The notes under the pieces: generated by a model
The model's input: the letters and a program-made list of their open reading frames with translations, nothing else
The model's database searches: none
Told to the model about the DNA's origin: nothing
Position numbers and translations under genes: made by a program
Shown here: one piece after another, positions 60,006 through 64,000 of the stretch
How the letters are laid out: each line of letters begins with the position of its first letter
How positions within the stretch are numbered: position 1 is the first letter of the stretch
DNA from: Macrostomum lignano
Lineage: Eukaryota
Assembly: GCA_002269645.1 (NCBI GenBank)
Contig: NIVC01001342.1
Coordinates: forward strand, 62,001-126,000
DNA: 64,000 nucleotides
Direction: 5' to 3'

Positions 60006-62071
60006 ACTGTCAGCCAGCAGCAAAGACGGCAGTTCAATGTGCATGAGCACACTGCCATGAGCCTGCTCAGGAAGAATGGGATTCTGGTGCCTGACTTTGA
60101 GCTGGCCAGCTCTGCTGATGAGGTCTACACATTTGCTAGAGAGCTCGGTGAGCTGGGCTGCGATGCATTGAATCAGATCGCTACCAACCTCCCCCCCCCC
60201 CAACTCACTGGGACCGCCACCCCCTCCCAAACTCACTGGGACCGCCACCCCCTCCCAAACTCACTGGGACCGCCACCCCCTCCAAAACTCACTGGGACCG
60301 CCACCCCCTCCAAACTCACTGGGACCGCCACCCCAAACTCACTGGGACCGCCACCCCAAACTCACTGGGACCGCCACCCCAAACTCACTGGGACCGCCAC
60401 CCCAAACTCACTGGGACCGCCACCCGCGCACTCCGTCAGAGCGGCGCACCGGCAGGCCGCAGGTGATGCTGAAGGCGCAAGTGCTGGCAGGCGGGCGGTC
60501 CCGCGGCGAGTGGAGCAGCGGCCTGGCCGGCGGCGGCGTCCGTCTGGCGGCTGGGGCGGATGAAGCGCGGCTGCTGGCGCAGGGGATGCTGGGCCACCGG
60601 CTGCGCACCCGGCAGACGGGTCCGGAGGGCCGGCCCTGCCACCGCCTGCTTGTGGTGGAGCCGGCCAAGCCGGTGCGCGAGTTCTACCTGGCGGTTGCCA
60701 TGGATACGGGGGGCAGCGGCGGCCCGATCCTTATGGCCGCTCGGCTCGGCGGCACCGGCATCGAGGAGGCGGCGTCCAGCGTGGTGGCCCGGCCGCTGGG
60801 CCCGGAGGCGGCGCTGTCCGGGGCGGGCGCGGCCGAGGTGGCGGAGCGGGTGCTGGGGCTGGCCGGCCGGGAGGCGGAGTCCGCGGCGCGATTCGCTCAG
60901 CAGCTCTGCAGGATGTTCAGCGCTTCTGACGCCACGCTGCTGGAGGTGAACCCGGCGGCTGTGGACTCGCACGGCCAGGGTGAGTCTCCGTTTGCATTGC
61001 CCGCTGCTGACTGCTGTTAGTAGCAGCGCTGGAGTTTTTTGTTCTTGTGGATTTCATCACGATAAGTCGTTGACTTGCCGCATTCATTATTAGCGGTCGA
61101 TGGGAGATTTTTGAGACATTGTTCCCGCTGCGTGGGGATTAAGTATATCGTAGATAGGAGCTCATAGCCATGGGATCAATTTTAGGCGCCATAGATCCTC
61201 CGCATTAGATAATCTAACCATAGGATCTCTACTATGGAATGTATCTATTTATGGGACAAATCTCCTATAGAATAAATCTCCCTAAAGAATCAATCTCCCC
61301 ATAGGATAAATCTCCTTATATGATAAATCTCCCCTATGCAATAAATCTCCTCATAGGATAAATTTCCCCTTAGGATAAATCTCCCCATACGATAAATCTC
61401 CCATAGGATAAATCTCCCCATACATGTAGGATAAATCTCAACATAGAATAATCTCCCCATAGGATAAATCTCCCAAGGGATAAATCTCCTATAGGAAAAA
61501 TCTCCCTATGCAATAAATCTCCCCTAGATAATTTCCCCACTCCAAACCCGCAGTGCTGTGCCTGGACTGCAAGCTCAACGTGGACTCGAACGCGCGCTTC
61601 CGCCAGCCGGAGCTCTGCAGCGCCCGCGACTGGGCCCAGGAGGACCCGCGCGACGCTACGGCGGCCGGCTGCGGCCTGAAGTACGTCGGCATGGATGGCG
61701 ACATCGGCTGCCTGGTGAACGGCGCGGGCCTGGCCATGGCCACCATGGACATCGTCAAGCTGCACGGCGGCGAGCCCGCCAACTTCCTTGACGTCGGCGG
61801 CACCGTCACGGCCAAGCAGGTGGCGCAGGCGCTGGACATCATCGGCTCGGACGGCCGCGTCACCGCCGCGCTGGTGAACATCTTCGGCGGCATCGTCCGC
61901 TGCGACGTCGTGGCGGAGGGCCTCGTCTCCGCGCTGCAGCGCCTTCGGCCTGGCCTGCCCGTGGTGGTCCGGCTGCAGGGCAACCGCGGCAGCGAGGCCA
62001 GGCAGCTGCTGCGCAGGGAGGGCGGCGCCGCCGTCAGCGTCTGCGAGTGCCTGGACGAGGCGGCCAGGATG
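60006..62071 (+). CDS. SUCLA2: Succinyl-CoA ligase beta subunit, SUCLA2-like (ADP-forming type); first and last exons unresolved
   Basis: Exons 60006-60147, 60440-60979, 61554-62071 (phases 1,1 compatible). QQQRRQFNVHEH, LKAQVLAGGR, REFYLA, LLEVNP, GCLVNGAGLAMATMDIVKLHGGEPANFLDVGG, VNIFGGIVRCD, LDEAARM. The MATMDI-x-KLHGG and DEAARM strings favour SUCLA2 over SUCLG2. Confidence 0.85.
60190..60425. repeat. ~23-bp intronic minisatellite aaactcactgggaccgccacccc
   Basis: Direct reading. Confidence 0.9.
61255..61530. repeat. Degenerate ataggataaatctcccc intronic repeat
   Basis: Direct reading. Confidence 0.8.
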
Positions 62072-62119
62072 GTAAGGACTGCGGAGTCCTTGGCGCTGGC
62101 TTCCTTGGGAGGGTTTGCT

Positions 62120-63420
62120 CTTGGTCATACTGTGCTCATGGTCATGCTGTGCTCATGGTCATGCTGTGCTCATGGTCATTGTGTGCTCATGGTCATTGTG
62201 TGCTCATGGTCATGCTGTGCTCATGGTCATACAATGCTCATGGTCAGGCTGTGCTCATGGTCATTGTGTGCTCATGGTCATTGTGTGCTCCAGGTCATGC
62301 TGTGCTCATGGTAATGCTGTGCTCATGGTCATGCTGTGATCATGGTCATGCTGTGCTCATGGTCATGCTGTGCTCATGGTCATGCTGTGCTCATGGTCAT
62401 TGTGTGCTCATGGTCATTGCACTCATGGTCATGTTGTGCTCATGGTAATGCTGTGCTCATGGTCATGCTGTGCTCATGGTCATTCTGTGCTCATGGTAAT
62501 GCTGTGCTCATGGTTATGCTGTGCTCATGGTCATGCTGTGATCATGGTTATTGTGTGCTCATGCTCAGGCTATGCTCATGGTAATGCTGTGCTCATGGTC
62601 ATTGTGCGCTCTTGGTCATTGTGTGCTCCTGGTCATTGTGAGCTCATGGTCATGCTGTGCTCATGATCATGCTGTGCTTATAATCATGCTGTGCTTATAA
62701 TCATGCTGTGCTCATGGTCATGCTGTGCTCATGGTCATGCTGTGCTCATGGTCATTGTGTGCTCATGGTCATTGCACTCATGGTCATGTTGTGCTCATGG
62801 TAATGCTGTGCTCATGGTCATGCTGTGCTCATGGTCATGCTGTGCTCATGGTAATGCTGTGCTCATAGTCATGCTGTGCTCATGATCATGCTGTGCTCAT
62901 GGTAATTCTGTGCTCATGATCATGCTGTGCTCATGGTAACTCTGTGCTCATGATCATGCTGTGCTCATGATCATGCTGTGCTAATGGTCATGCTGTGCTC
63001 ATGGTCATGCTGTGCTCATGGTCATGCTGTGCTCATGGTCATGCTGTGCTCATGATCATGCTGTGCTCATGGTTATTGTGTGCTCATGCTCAGGCTATGC
63101 TCATGGTCATGCTGTGCTCATGGTTATTGTGTGCTCATGCTCAGGCTATGCTCATGGTCATTGTGTGCTCATAGTCATGCTGTGCTCATGGTAATGCTGT
63201 GCTCATGATCATGCTGTGCTCATGGTAATTCTGTGCTCATGATCATGCTGTGCTCATGATCATGCTGTGCTCATGGTCATGCTGTGCTCATGGTCATGCT
63301 GTGCTCATGGTCATGCTGTGCTCATGATCATGCTGTGCTCATGGTAATGCTCATAGTTACGCTGTGCTCATGATCATGCTGTGCTCATGGTCATGCTCAT
63401 ATTTACGCTGTGCTCATGTA
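62120..63420. repeat. 17-bp minisatellite ctgtgctcatggtcatg, ~1.3 kb
   Basis: Direct reading; source of CSWSCCAHGH/VLMVML ORFs. Confidence 0.96.
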
Positions 63421-64000
63421 CATGATCTGATGTCTTTATAAATCCCCTATATAAACACAGCAACCCGAAGGTCAAGCAGTGCGCTTTCTCCTGAGCAGCC
63501 AGAAGGAGATTCGCACAGTCAGCGGTCATGAAATCCAGTAGCGGCTGAGCAGCCGTAGTAACCCCGCACTCCATGGGCCCCCGTAAAATAACGAAGCTAA
63601 TTTCGAACCCCGGCTTTGCCCCCCCTCCTGGCTTCCGCCCGAGTTCACCGGCCGGCAGCTCACGGTTGGCCGGGCCCTGCAGTTAATTGGGCCGTCCGCA
63701 TCGATTGCCCTGCCTGCCCGGGGCAGGGGTCCTTCGTCCCACTCTTCCCTTCCCGACCCCGCCGTTCCCAAGGCTGTGTGGGCCAAAGGTGAAACCCAGT
63801 GCTTGCGTGGCCTGGGGACTGGCAGGGCAGGCCGCGGTGCCCAAATCCGCTTTCTTGGCTTAATGCGATTTGGTGCTGACTTTTGTGCCAGTTTTACTCT
63901 TTATCTCAGATCCTCTTTATCCCATTAGCTTCAGATCAGATTCCACACCTCAATATCCTATTCATAGCATCCCACACCTCCTTATACCATCTATATAAGA

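Noticed and set aside
29109-63194. Numerous long repetitive ORFs (29109, 32575, 38513, 48242, 48352, 62047 and others) and GC-rich antisense ORFs over GLG1, DSTYK and SUCLA2
   Set aside because: Minisatellite translations or shadows of GC-rich exons, with no independent coding signal.

Overview
Eukaryotic (metazoan) genomic DNA with GT-AG introns, very GC-rich conserved exons, AT-rich intergenic DNA and minisatellite-packed introns. This style resembles the flatworm Macrostomum, but the species assignment is inference only. Genes in order: 3' part of DNA polymerase theta (+); a cluster of four caspase-family genes (+) arranged as two copies of a [catalytically dead pseudo-caspase, then intact caspase] pair; complete DSTYK/dusty kinase (-) with two alternative versions of one kinase-domain exon; GLG1 (+, 5' end unresolved); and a SUCLA2-like succinyl-CoA ligase beta subunit (+, ends unresolved). 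Mobile DNA includes two young non-coding mini-LTR (TRIM-like) elements with TSD, PBS and PPT, a truncated LINE, a tRNA-derived SINE, a decayed mariner and several MITEs. All exon models were built by hand from splice signals, reading phase and remembered homology; none is transcript-verified. Most ORF-track entries are repeat or antisense shadows. Best leads are the duplicated pseudo-caspase/caspase module with an unassigned N-terminal alpha/beta domain, the mutually exclusive hinge/gatekeeper exons of DSTYK, and minisatellites seeded from splice junctions.
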